Translations under genes and position numbers: made by a program | Part shown: positions 35,371 through 45,266 of the stretch, one piece after another | Layout of the letters: the number at the start of each line of letters is the position of its first letter | Numbering within the stretch: position 1 is the first letter of the stretch | Virus record (IMG/VR): IMGVR_UViG_3300046171_000197 | DNA length: 64,000 nt | Strand: one strand, 5' to 3' | DNA from: a virus | The notes under the pieces: generated by a model | Seen by the model: only the letters and a program-made list of their open reading frames with translations | Databases searched by the model: none | What the model was told of the DNA's origin: nothing

Positions 35371-35918
35371 AAAAGTTTGGTCAGTTTCTAAAAGAAGCTC
35401 CCACAATGAATACAGATCCATCTGGAACAGGTAATACTGGTTTCAGTGGTTCTGCATCATCACCAGTAGCAGGGTTTGATAAAACCCTATGGAATTATAT
35501 GGTGACTAATGCTTATCAGTCACCTATGGATTTAAGTTACAGGTGGTCTAATATATTTCCTGTTAAAAAATTGTCTCTTGAAGATATAGATAATATGGTT
35601 GACGCATCTAACGAATTTATAAACGTAATGAATAAAAGCACATTAACAAAAAGAACTTTTAAAGAGTTTAATGAACTGACAGAATCAAAGAAATGTCCTG
35701 CTGGAAAATACTATTGTTTTACTGATAAGAAATGTAAGAAGATTCCAGGCGGATATCGAATCGGATATGGTGGACGTTTAGCACCAGATCCAGAAAATGA
35801 AAAGAAAAATGGTAATGGCAACGGAAATGGAAATGGAAATGGAAATGGTAATGGTAACGGAAATGGCAATGGTAATGGTGGAGGAAACGGTGGCGGTGAT
35901 GGAGGAGGCGGTGAATAA
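35367..35918 (+). CDS. Putative internal head protein carrying a copy of the gp23 N-arm, a Cys module and a (GN)n tail
   Basis: MKKFGQFLKE leader, PTMNTDPSGTGNTGFSGSASSPVAGFD (gp23-like), KRTFKEF, KKCPAGKYYCFTDKKCKK, poly-NG tail; stop overlaps the gp3 start. Confidence 0.75.
   Translation: MKKFGQFLKEAPTMNTDPSGTGNTGFSGSASSPVAGFDKTLWNYMVTNAYQSPMDLSYRWSNIFPVKKLSLEDIDNMVDASNEFINVMNKSTLTKRTFKEFNELTESKKCPAGKYYCFTDKKCKKIPGGYRIGYGGRLAPDPENEKKNGNGNGNGNGNGNGNGNGNGNGNGGGNGGGDGGGGE
35400..35480 (+). repeat. 81-nt diverged duplicate of gp23 segment 33888-33968
   Basis: Manual alignment: 70/81 nt and 24/27 aa identical. Confidence 0.9.
35808..35912 (+). repeat. AAYGGN hexamer repeat encoding (Asn-Gly)n followed by poly-Gly
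   Basis: aatggtaatggcaacggaaatggaaatggaaatgga..., with synonymous codon variation between units. Confidence 0.85.
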
Positions 35919-36469
35919 TGACTAGTTCACCATTCCGAAATCAAATACAAAATCGCAATTTTCTTGCACCTGTTGGATTTAAATTTACCTTGGCAAAATA
36001 TCCAAAGGTTGATTTTTTCTCAAACTCTGCTAGAATACCAGAGATAACACTTGGAACTGCTATTCAACCATCTTATCTAAAAGATATTGATATACCAGGA
36101 GAAAAACTAACGTTTGGAGATCTTAATATAAGATTTCTTGTTGATGAAAATATGGAAAACTACATGGCAGTACATAACTGGTTAAAAGGTGTAGGTTTCC
36201 CTGAGACACCTCAACAATTTAAAGATCAAACTACTGATTCTGATGGTTTAAGAGATGAAAAAGAAGTTTTTAGTGACGGTAGTTTACATATTTTGAATAG
36301 TAATTTTCAAGATGTTGCGATTGTAAAATTCAATGATTTATTCCCAGTAGGACTTACTTCATTAGAATTTGATGCAACAGAAACAGATATAAACTACTTT
36401 ACAGCAGAGGCAACTATGCGTTATACTGTATATAATATATTCGATAAGGATGGTAGAACCCGTTTATGA
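35918..36469 (+). CDS. gp3: Tail tube terminator / tail completion protein gp3
   Basis: NRNFLAPVGFKF, PGEKLTFGDLNIRFLVDENMENY..HNWL, F.DLFP..LTSLEFDA. Confidence 0.88.
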   Translation: MTSSPFRNQIQNRNFLAPVGFKFTLAKYPKVDFFSNSARIPEITLGTAIQPSYLKDIDIPGEKLTFGDLNIRFLVDENMENYMAVHNWLKGVGFPETPQQFKDQTTDSDGLRDEKEVFSDGSLHILNSNFQDVAIVKFNDLFPVGLTSLEFDATETDINYFTAEATMRYTVYNIFDKDGRTRL

Positions 36470-36894
36470 ATCTTGACAAAATTCAGGAGATGTGGGAGCG
36501 TGATGCGAACATTGACCCTGATAATCTACATAATGAATCTTTAAAAATACCTCAACTTCACTCAAAGTATTATACAGTCTATAATACTATTTCGTTATTA
36601 AGAGAGAAGGCAAGAGAGTCATATAATCGTATTCGTTTAGAAAGATATAACTACTACACAGGAAAAGCACCTGCAGAGGTATATGCAGAAGACCCATTTC
36701 CGTATAAGGTTAGGGAGAAAGACGCAATACAGAGGCATATGGAGGCAGATGAGAAGTTAAATGTAATTGACATGAAGATAAAGTATTATGATGTCACACT
36801 TAAATTTCTTGAAGAGATAATTCGTAATATCTCAGGTCGTACATATCAAATTAAAAATGCCATCGAATGGCAGAAGTTTCAATCAGGATTCTAA
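36466..36894 (+). CDS. uvsY: Recombination mediator UvsY
   Basis: ESLKIPQLHSKYY, YYTGKA, RTYQIKNAIEWQKF. Confidence 0.9.
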   Translation: MNLDKIQEMWERDANIDPDNLHNESLKIPQLHSKYYTVYNTISLLREKARESYNRIRLERYNYYTGKAPAEVYAEDPFPYKVREKDAIQRHMEADEKLNVIDMKIKYYDVTLKFLEEIIRNISGRTYQIKNAIEWQKFQSGF

Positions 36895-37335
36895 TGATAA
36901 GAGAACTAGTAGAACCAAAACATCAATTATTTCATCATCGAATTAATTCTTGTAGTTATAATTTAGATAGAAATTTTTTATCTAAAACATTAGTAGATAA
37001 TATGATCCATTATAATGGTATTGGTTTATCTGCAAATCAAATTGGCATCTGGGAAAGAGCATTTGTAATGGTAAGAGATTTAGAACATAACGAAGTAATG
37101 GTATGTTTTAATCCTCGCATTATCAAGTCATATACCGAAGAAGTTGAAATGGAAGAAGGTTGTCTATCCTATCCAGATCTTTTCTTAAAGGTTAAAAGAC
37201 CAGATAAGATTGTTGTAAAATATGAAGATGAGAATAAAAAAACTCACAAAGATGAAGTTGGAAGGACTTGCATCTAGAGTGTTTCAACACGAATACGACC
37301 ATATGGAAGGTATCGATTTCACTCAAAGAACCTAG
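36894..37335 (+). CDS. def: Peptide deformylase (reconstructed across a frameshift at ~37250)
   Basis: All three PDF motifs: GIGLSANQIG, EGCLSYP and, in the shifted frame, QHEYDHMEG, ending at TAG 37333-37335. Confidence 0.92.
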
Positions 37336-37343
37336 TATAAATA
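37336..37343 (+). promoter_or_regulatory. Late promoter (TATAAATA) for uvsW
   Basis: Exact TATAAATA upstream of the GGAG RBS; T4 uvsW is also a late gene. Confidence 0.7.
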
Positions 37344-37363
37344 ACTGAAATGATGGAGATGTT

Positions 37364-38827
37364 ATGTCTCATTTGGTTATTTCTAAGAAGAATGAAATCT
37401 TCCTAAAGATTGAGGCAGAGCCACACGTATATTATGAATTATCAGACAGTTTCACGTTTGAAGTGCCTGGTGTAAAGTATATGCCACAATACCAAAAGAA
37501 GTATTGGGACGGAAAGATAAGGTTATTTAATACTCAGAAAGGAGAAATATATGTAGGATTATTAGATCGAGTAATCCAATTTTGTAGAGATCACGGTTAT
37601 AATTATTCATTTACAGACAGCGAGTTCTATGGACTTCCATTTGAAGTAAACGACTTCATATCAATGGAGGGTGTAAAAGATTATATGAATTCTATTTGCA
37701 AGTTCAAACCACGTTCTTATCAAGTAGAGGGAGTATACGACGCTCTAAGACATAATAGAAAGTTGTTGATATCCCCAACTGCTTCGGGTAAATCGTTGAT
37801 GATATACTCGATTGTTCGATATTTTGTTGAGAAAGGGAAAAATACTCTGATAATCGTTCCGACGACCTCGTTAGTAGAACAGATGTATAAAGATTTTGCA
37901 GACTATGGTTGGGACGTAGGTTCATTTTGCCACAAGATATACGCAGGAAAAGAAAGAGAGACAGACTCTCAAGTCATTATTACTACTTGGCAATCAATCT
38001 ACAAACTTCCCCGAAAATATTTTGAGAGATTCTCTGTTGTGGTTGGGGACGAAGCTCACCAGTTTAAATCAAAATCACTAGTATCTATAATGACAAAACT
38101 TGCTGATGCCAAATATCGTTATGGTTTCACAGGAACTCTTGATGGATCACAAACACATAAGTGGGTTTTAGAGGGTTTATTTGGTCCTTCTTACAAGATT
38201 ATTAAGACCGAAGAGTTAATGAAGAAGGGACATGTAGCAACTTTGGACATCAATGTGTTGCTATTGAAACACTCACCGAATAAATTTGAAACATTTGAAG
38301 ATGAAATACAGTATATAATCGGTCATAATCGAAGAAATAACTTTATTAAAAATCTTGCCTTAGACTTAAATGGTAATACCCTGATATTATACAGTCGTGT
38401 TGAGGCACACGGACAACCATTATTTGATCTGATAAATACAAGTAAGACTGGTAATCGTCAAGTCTTCTTTGTTCATGGTGGTGTTGAAACTGAGGATAGA
38501 GAGAATATTCGGGCAATCACCGAACGTGAAAACAATGCTATAATAGTTGCATCATATGGAACTTTCTCCACAGGAATTAACATTAAAAACTTACACAACG
38601 TTATATTTGCTAGTCCTTCTAAATCGAGAGTTCGGAATCTTCAGTCTATTGGGAGAGTCTTAAGAAAGGGTGATCGTAAATTAAAAGCAACACTATATGA
38701 CATTGCTGACGATATAAGTTATAATAAGAGAAAGAACTACACACTTAATCATTTGATTGAAAGAATTAAAATCTACAATCAAGAAAATTTTAATTATGAT
38801 ATTGTAAACATACCTTTAAAAAACTGA
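37364..38827 (+). CDS. uvsW: DNA helicase UvsW
   Basis: WDGKIRLF, SPTASGKS, DEAH, GFTGTL, STGINIKNLHN, QSIGRVLR. Confidence 0.96.
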   Translation: MSHLVISKKNEIFLKIEAEPHVYYELSDSFTFEVPGVKYMPQYQKKYWDGKIRLFNTQKGEIYVGLLDRVIQFCRDHGYNYSFTDSEFYGLPFEVNDFISMEGVKDYMNSICKFKPRSYQVEGVYDALRHNRKLLISPTASGKSLMIYSIVRYFVEKGKNTLIIVPTTSLVEQMYKDFADYGWDVGSFCHKIYAGKERETDSQVIITTWQSIYKLPRKYFERFSVVVGDEAHQFKSKSLVSIMTKLADAKYRYGFTGTLDGSQTHKWVLEGLFGPSYKIIKTEELMKKGHVATLDINVLLLKHSPNKFETFEDEIQYIIGHNRRNNFIKNLALDLNGNTLILYSRVEAHGQPLFDLINTSKTGNRQVFFVHGGVETEDRENIRAITERENNAIIVASYGTFSTGINIKNLHNVIFASPSKSRVRNLQSIGRVLRKGDRKLKATLYDIADDISYNKRKNYTLNHLIERIKIYNQENFNYDIVNIPLKN

Positions 38828-39252
38828 TGGGAGAAGAATTCGTAGCTGTAATTAAATTGGTTTCTGGAGAAGAAATCCTCGCATCGGTTTGCGTTGACGA
38901 AACTGGTGAAGAACCAATTATTATTGCTCACACTCCTGTTACTATGAAAATGATTAGTAATGGAATGTATGTGAAGATCAAACCTTGGATGGAATTAGCA
39001 GATGATGATATGTTTATATTCAGAACAGATAAAATTATTACAATGAGTGAAGTTAAGGATCAAAAAGTAATTAAATTATATGAAAGATATGTTGAAGAAT
39101 CAAATGAAGAAGATGATATGACTAAACTCTTACCTTCTAGTGGTGAAGTAAAACCTGATGAAAAAATGGGATATATCTCTAGTGTTGAAGAGGCTCGTAA
39201 GAGTCTTGAAGAAGTTTGGAAGAAGCCCTTTAAGAATAATAAAGAAGGCTAG
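38827..39252 (+). CDS. Conserved hypothetical protein, Sm-fold-like paralogue 1
   Basis: IKLVSGEEILA..TP..KPW..DKIIT pattern shared with ORFs 52094, 58457 and 58743. Confidence 0.7.
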   Translation: MGEEFVAVIKLVSGEEILASVCVDETGEEPIIIAHTPVTMKMISNGMYVKIKPWMELADDDMFIFRTDKIITMSEVKDQKVIKLYERYVEESNEEDDMTKLLPSSGEVKPDEKMGYISSVEEARKSLEEVWKKPFKNNKEG

Positions 39253-39301
39253 TTTTGTCCCTTGAACCCTTACAGAGTTATTGTACACATATTTGAATGA
39301 C

Positions 39302-39329
39302 TTGTCAAGTACTGAAAGTATGTTATAAT
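39302..39329 (+). promoter_or_regulatory. Sigma70-like promoter for gp55
   Basis: TTGTCA-16 nt-TATAAT with extended -10 TG. Confidence 0.6.
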
Positions 39330-39355
39330 AGAATACAGATAGACGGAGACATTTA

Positions 39356-39835
39356 ATGCCTAGAAAGAAGTCTGAACATTATGTTAATAACAAACAACTC
39401 TTAGAGGCATTAATAGTGTATCGAGAGAAGGTTGCTAATGCGAAAGAGAATGATTTACCAAAACCAAGAATTACAAACTATCTTGGAGAATGCTTTTTAA
39501 AGATTGCCACACACTTATCATATAAACCAAACTTTGTAAACTATATGTTCCGTGATGATATGATATCTGACGGAATTGAGAACTGTGTACAGTATATTCA
39601 TAACTTTGATCCAGAGAAGTCAAGGAATCCATTTGCATACTTTACTCAGATTATTCATTACGCATTTCTAAGAAGTATACAAAAAGAGAAAAAACAATTG
39701 GATATTAAAACAAAGATTATAGAAAGAAGTGGATTTGATGAAGTGATGACTGTAGATGATAGTTCACTTGCTGGTAATAGTTCTGATTATAATACAATCA
39801 AAGATAATATCGTATACAAGTCAAGCAATAGATGA
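39356..39835 (+). CDS. gp55: Late transcription sigma factor gp55
   Basis: HYVNNK, YLGECFLKIA.HLSYKPNF.NY, DGIENC..YIHNFDPEKS.NPFAYFTQI. Confidence 0.96.
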   Translation: MPRKKSEHYVNNKQLLEALIVYREKVANAKENDLPKPRITNYLGECFLKIATHLSYKPNFVNYMFRDDMISDGIENCVQYIHNFDPEKSRNPFAYFTQIIHYAFLRSIQKEKKQLDIKTKIIERSGFDEVMTVDDSSLAGNSSDYNTIKDNIVYKSSNR

Positions 39836-40866
39836 AGATTGCAATTATTACCGATACTCATTACGGTGCTAGAAAGGGTTCTAAGCATCTCCATGAATAT
39901 TTTGAAAAATTCTATAAAGATATATTCTTTCCTGAGTTAGAAAAGAATAATATTGATACTATCATTCATATGGGTGATATATTTGATAGTCGTAAATCAA
40001 TTGACTACTACAGTTTAGAGTGGTCGAAGAGAGTGATATTTGAACCGATGAAGAAGTATAAGGTTCACGCAATCACAGGAAACCATGATTGTTATTATAA
40101 GAATACAAATGAAATTAACTCACCTGAGTTATTATTAAAGGATTATCCTAATATCATAACCTACTCAAGTGCAGAGGAGATTGTATTAGATGGATTGCAG
40201 ATACTTCTCTTACCTTGGATTAATGTAGAAAATTATGATGAGAGTAAAAAAATGATTGATGAGTCCACCAGTAAAGTGGCAATGGGTCATTTAGAGATCA
40301 ATGGATTCAAGGCAACTCGTGGTCATATGATGGAAACTGGTATGAATACTGAGGTCTTTGATAAGTTTGATACAGTGTACTCAGGTCATTTTCATACTAG
40401 GTCTACAAATGGTAAGATTCACTATCTTGGTAATCCATATGAAATGTTTTGGAACGATGTGAATGATACCAGAGGTTTTCACTTCTTTGATACAGAAACT
40501 TGTATTCACACTCCAGTAAATAATCCATATCAGTTATTTCATAATGTTTATTATGAGATACTCCATATCAATTGTTTGATGCAACTCTATACAAGAGTAA
40601 AGATTGTAAAAGTTATTGTTCGTAAGAAATCAAATCCAAAAGAGTTTGAGAGATTTGTTGATAAGTTGTATAGTGCAGGTGTTGAAGACCTTAAGATCAT
40701 TGAAAACTTTGATATACAGGTTGGAGATGAGTTTGATATTGATGAAGATGAAAATACACTTTCAATTTTAAATAGATATATTGATGACAGTGACTTTGAA
40801 TACGACAAAAATATTATCAAAAACATTTTTAAGGATCTCTATAGACAAGCTTGCGAGGTAGAGTAG
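39832..40866 (+). CDS. gp47: Recombination endonuclease subunit gp47 (SbcD/Mre11-like)
   Basis: TDTHYGAR, MGDIFD, GNHD, MGHLE, SGHFH; contains a compensating -1/+1 indel pair at ~40556-40600. Confidence 0.95.
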   Translation: MKIAIITDTHYGARKGSKHLHEYFEKFYKDIFFPELEKNNIDTIIHMGDIFDSRKSIDYYSLEWSKRVIFEPMKKYKVHAITGNHDCYYKNTNEINSPELLLKDYPNIITYSSAEEIVLDGLQILLLPWINVENYDESKKMIDESTSKVAMGHLEINGFKATRGHMMETGMNTEVFDKFDTVYSGHFHTRSTNGKIHYLGNPYEMFWNDVNDTRGFHFFDTETCIHTPVNNPYQLFHNVYYEILHINCLMQLYTRVKIVKVIVRKKSNPKEFERFVDKLYSAGVEDLKIIENFDIQVGDEFDIDEDENTLSILNRYIDDSDFEYDKNIIKNIFKDLYRQACEVE

Positions 40867-41148
40867 TGTATCTACTTACATTAAAAACTAGAAAAGAAGA
40901 CGGTGCCTTATGCTGTACAGGATAGGCATGGAGATAAAGTGTTATTTCTTTTTGAAGAGGAGGACGATGCTGAAAGATATGCTATGATGTTAGAAGACGA
41001 TGAGCAATATCAAAAAAAGATGGCTGTCATAGAAGTTGATGATGAGCTTGCCATAAAGACCTGTAGGATGTATAATTATAAGTATACTGTGATTACACCC
41101 GACGATTTCGTAATACCCCCTAAGAATGATAACCTTTCAAAAGATTAG
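40866..41148 (+). CDS. Conserved hypothetical protein between gp47 and gp46 (frameshift at ~40906)
   Basis: GTG start gives MYLLTLKTRKEDGA, which joins YAVQD..VLFLFEEEDDAERYAMMLE..VITPDDFVIPP after removing one C. Confidence 0.7.
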
Positions 41149-42835
41149 ATGGAAGAATTTCCTGTCAACAGGAGACCATTGGAGTGAAATAGATTTTCAA
41201 GGAAATACTACTAACCTAGTTGTAGGAACAAATGGTTCTGGAAAGTCCACAATGTTAGATGCATTGACGTTTAGTTTATTTAATAAACCTTTTCGTAAAG
41301 TTAATAAATCTCAACTCATCAATGCCACGAATGAAAAAGATTGTGTTGTTGAGGTAGAGTTTAATGTTAATAATAAAAATTACCTTGTAAGAAGATCTAT
41401 TAAACCAAATAAATTTGACATTGAGGTTGATGGTAATTTAATGCATAAGGAATCTGATGATAGAATAAATCAAAAGATACTAGAAGAAAATATATTAAAG
41501 GTAAATTATAAGTCATTCACTCAGATTGTCATACTTGGTAGTAGTAGCTTTGTTCCCTTTATGCAATTATCCACAAGTAATCGTAGAGATGTGATTGAGG
41601 ATCTCTTAGATATTCGTATTTTTTCTGCAATGAATACCTTAATCAAAGAAAAGATTCGTACTGAAAAGGAAAAAATAAGATCATTAGACCTAAAAAGGGA
41701 TAATATTAAAGATAAAATATGCATGCAAGAGAACTTTATTAAGGAGTTAGAAGAGCAAGGAAAGGATAATATAACAGAAAATCAAAAGAAAAGAGATAAG
41801 TTAGGTGATGAAATATGTGTTCTTATAATGAAGACTGAAGGTTTAGAAGATGATGTATATGGACTAACTGAAAAGCAAAAAGAAGTAACTGGTGCAGGAG
41901 AAAAGTTACTGAAACTTAACACATTCAAGGGTAAACTATCCAATAAAGTAGCAACTCTTACCAAAGAACATAAGTTCTTCAGTGAAAATGTAACATGCCC
42001 TACATGTACTCAAAATATAGAAGAATCGTTTCGTTTAAATAGAATTGATGACGTTCAAACTAAAGCGAAGGAACTTAAAAAAGGTTATGATGACCTTGAA
42101 AAGACCATCAAAGAAGAGCAAAACCGAGAACGTCAATTCAACCAATTATCAAAGGAGATTACTAAACTCAACAATGGCATTTCTAAAAACAATACTCAGA
42201 TTTCTGGATTCCAACGACAGATCAGAGATCTGGAATCAGAAGTTCAAAGATTTACCGAACAACTTGCAAATAGAAGTACTGAAAATGAAAAATTAGTTGA
42301 GTTTACTAAAACTCTAGAAACAACATTAGAAGAATCCTCAGAAAGAAGAGAAGAGGTTGTATATCACGACTTCGCATATTCTCTGTTAAAGGATGATGGT
42401 GTTAAGACTAAAATAATTAAAAAATATCTACCATTTATCAATCAACAAGTCAATCGTTACTTGCAGTTGATGGACTTCTATATCAATTTTACTTTGAATG
42501 AAGAGTTTGTTGAAACTGTAAGATCACCAATACATGAAGATTTTTCATATTCTTCTTTTAGTGAGGGTGAGAAGATGCGTATTGATTTAGCTTTACTATT
42601 CACTTGGAGAGAGATTGCAAGAGTTAAGAACTCTGTCAATACTAATCTTTTAATTATGGATGAGGTATTTGATAGTTCTCTTGATGGTTTTGGTACAGAT
42701 GAGTTTCTAAAAATTATTCGTTTTGTAATCAAGGATGCTAATGTATTTGTCATATCACATAAGACAGAGTTGCATGATAAGTTCAATAGTGTTATCAAGT
42801 TTGACAAAGTAAAAGGATTTAGTAGAATAGTATGA
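41126..42835 (+). CDS. gp46: Recombination endonuclease subunit gp46 (SbcC/Rad50-like)
   Basis: WKNFLSTG, GTNGSGKST, CPTC zinc hook, FSEGEKMRIDL, LIMDEVFDSSLD. Confidence 0.96.
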   Translation: MITFQKIRWKNFLSTGDHWSEIDFQGNTTNLVVGTNGSGKSTMLDALTFSLFNKPFRKVNKSQLINATNEKDCVVEVEFNVNNKNYLVRRSIKPNKFDIEVDGNLMHKESDDRINQKILEENILKVNYKSFTQIVILGSSSFVPFMQLSTSNRRDVIEDLLDIRIFSAMNTLIKEKIRTEKEKIRSLDLKRDNIKDKICMQENFIKELEEQGKDNITENQKKRDKLGDEICVLIMKTEGLEDDVYGLTEKQKEVTGAGEKLLKLNTFKGKLSNKVATLTKEHKFFSENVTCPTCTQNIEESFRLNRIDDVQTKAKELKKGYDDLEKTIKEEQNRERQFNQLSKEITKLNNGISKNNTQISGFQRQIRDLESEVQRFTEQLANRSTENEKLVEFTKTLETTLEESSERREEVVYHDFAYSLLKDDGVKTKIIKKYLPFINQQVNRYLQLMDFYINFTLNEEFVETVRSPIHEDFSYSSFSEGEKMRIDLALLFTWREIARVKNSVNTNLLIMDEVFDSSLDGFGTDEFLKIIRFVIKDANVFVISHKTELHDKFNSVIKFDKVKGFSRIV

Positions 42836-42975
42836 GAAAGTATACTGAAAAAGAATATTGGGAAGGTTTAGTTCCCGATGAATTGTTTGAAGAATATTTA
42901 AATAAATATGGATATGAATATACTCCATCAAGGGAGACAGTTAAAAAAGTGTCCACTGAACCCTACCAAGAGTAG
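42832..42975 (+). CDS. Small hypothetical protein (47 aa)
   Basis: MRKYTEKEYWEGLVPDELFEEYLNKYGYEYTP...; ATGA overlap with the gp46 stop; 3' end runs into the regulatory motif. Confidence 0.4.
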   Translation: MRKYTEKEYWEGLVPDELFEEYLNKYGYEYTPSRETVKKVSTEPYQE

Positions 42976-42991
42976 GGTTTTCTTGTATACT
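42936..42991 (+). promoter_or_regulatory. Motif promoter copy 1: GACA-N10-TGTC-CACT + hairpin + -10 (TATACT)
   Basis: GACAGTTAAAAAAGTGTCCACT 42936-42957; hairpin AACCCTAC/GTAGGGTT; TATACT 28 nt after the motif. Confidence 0.7.
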
Positions 42992-43015
42992 GGATATATC
43001 AGATAAGAAACCACC

Positions 43016-45212
43016 ATGCAAATCAAACACGAAGTTAAAGGACAACTTGCTAGATTACTTGCTACAGAAGACTTAATAGTAGAGCATAGATCAGTTGATA
43101 CTGCATCATTCAATGTAGGCACAAGAGTATTGACTCTTCCTACTTGGGACAATGCAGGAGAAGAAGTTTATGACACATTAGTTTGTCACGAAGTTGGACA
43201 TGCACTCTACACACCTGATGATGAGTGGTGGTTATATAATGAGATATCTGCTTCAATCGTAAACATTGTAGAAGATGCACGTATTGAGAAGTTAATGAAG
43301 AGAAGATATGGTGGTTTATCTAAGACTTTCTTCAGAGGTTACTCTAGTCTCTCAGAAGACGACTTCTTTAAATTAGAGGGCAAAGACCTTACTAAGTTTA
43401 ATCTTGCTGACAGAATCAATCTATACTACAAGGTTGGTAATTTTACTGATATTCCTTTCTTTAGTAATGAAGAAACATTTCTAATGAATCGCACTGGATT
43501 AACTGAGACATTTGATGATGTATTAGAAGTTGCTAAGTTAATCTTTGAATACTGTAAGACTCAAGCAGAAAAGCAAAAAGCAGAAGAAGCAAATATGCAA
43601 GCAGATGAAGAGTCTGAGGGTTCACTTGAAAACAATTCAATGTCAGGTCAATCTAATGAAGAACCATCTATGGAAGAGGATGGTCAAGATGGTGAAGAGC
43701 AAGAAATGGAAGTCACACAATCTGGTGGATCTAGCACTGCGAGTGGTATTCAAGGTGGAGAAGAGTGTGGAGAGATTGAAGCAGAGACAGATGAAACATT
43801 TACAGATTCTCTTAGAGAATTATCTAATACAACTTCTAATGAAACTCATTATGTCGAATTACCAGAGGTTAATCTAAAGCAATTCATTATCGATAATCAA
43901 AAGATTCATACTGATATGGTTACTGAATGGGAAGGAGAAGAAAAAAAATGGAAAGAAGAATATTTAGAGAGACTTGCAAAGAATCCTAACATTGCAAAAT
44001 TCTATGAAGATTATCGTGGACATAAATTCAATCCATTGAATATTTTTGAAATGGTTGATACAGAGTTTGCACAATTTAAAAAAGACGCACAAAAGGAGGT
44101 AAACTATCTTGTCAAAGAATTCGAGTGTAAAAAATCTGCTGCAGCATACGCCCGTGCTACTACTAGTCGGACTGGTATTCTCAATACAACTCTATTACAC
44201 ACTTACAAATTTAATGAAGACCTATTCAAAAAGGTCTCAGTAATACCTGATGGTAAGAATCATGGATTAATATTTTTACTTGATTGGTCAGGTTCAATGC
44301 AAAATGTGTTGATGGACACTATAAAGCAATTATTCAATCTTGTATGGTTCTGTAAAAAAGTAAACATACCATTTGAGGTTTATGCATTTACAAATACTTA
44401 TCCAACTCCAAATCGTGAGAGTAGAACAAAAGAATCTTACCTTACATATGGATTCAAGTTTTTCTTTGATGAATTTACTTACAAGTAAAATCAGAACAAA
44501 AGATATGAATACTCAAATGAGAAATATCTTTAGATTGGCAAAATATTTTGATAGTCGTGGTGGATACTACAATTGCCCAGTTGGTATGAATCTATCAGGA
44601 ACACCTTTGAATGAAGCAATGATTTGTTTACATCAAATACTTCCTCAGTTTCAGAAAGAGAATGGTCTTGAGAAAGTTCAATGTGTTGTACTAACTGATG
44701 GAGAATCTCAACCAATTCGTTTCAATCGTGAATTACAAAGAGATTGGGAGTCAAGACCATATATGGGCACATCATATTTAAGTGGTAATTGCTTTCTTCG
44801 TAATCGTAAGACAGGTCATGTATATGCTTGCAAAGAAGATATGGGTTACTATGGTGACGTTACTGGTATGTTACTTGAAGATCTATGTCAGTCTTTTCCT
44901 GATACAAACTTCATAGGCATTCGTATTATGCCAAGCAGTTGGGGTAGTTCCTTTATTCGTAAATATGAAACTGATGAGGTTAAGTATAAAAAAGATTTAG
45001 AACACTGGAGAAAGCACAAGTCAGTATCACTCAAAGGTTCTGGATATCATGTATACTTTGGATTGTCATCAACTGCACTTGGTAATGACACTGAGTTTGA
45101 AGTACAGGAAGACGCTACAAAGGCACAGATTAAGAGAGCATTCAATAAGAGTCTTAAAGGTAAAAAGATGAACAAGAAGATTCTTGGAGAGTTTATAGAG
45201 TTGGTTGCGTGA
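43016..45212 (+). CDS. Zn-metallopeptidase-like / VWA domain protein, CobT-like partner of CobS (reconstructed across a frameshift at ~44420)
   Basis: HEVGHAL, NIVEDARIEK, acidic linker, MIDAS LDWSGSM, LSGTPLNEA, VVLTDGE. Confidence 0.85.
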
Positions 45213-45266
45213 CAATTAACAAAGTGTCCACTAGGGGGTTACAACCCCCTTTTTTAATGTTATTAT
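45211..45266 (+). promoter_or_regulatory. Motif promoter copy 2: GACA-N10-TGTC-CACT + terminator-like hairpin + -10 (TG-N-TATTAT)
   Basis: GACAATTAACAAAGTGTCCACT 45211-45232; hairpin AGGGGGTT/AACCCCCT plus T run; TATTAT 28 nt after the motif; TATAAATA also at 45272-45279. Confidence 0.7.

Noticed and set aside
33888-35480. gp23 segment duplication as a diversity-generating retroelement TR/VR pair
   Set aside because: Mismatches are not adenine-specific, are mostly synonymous, and no reverse transcriptase is present in the window.
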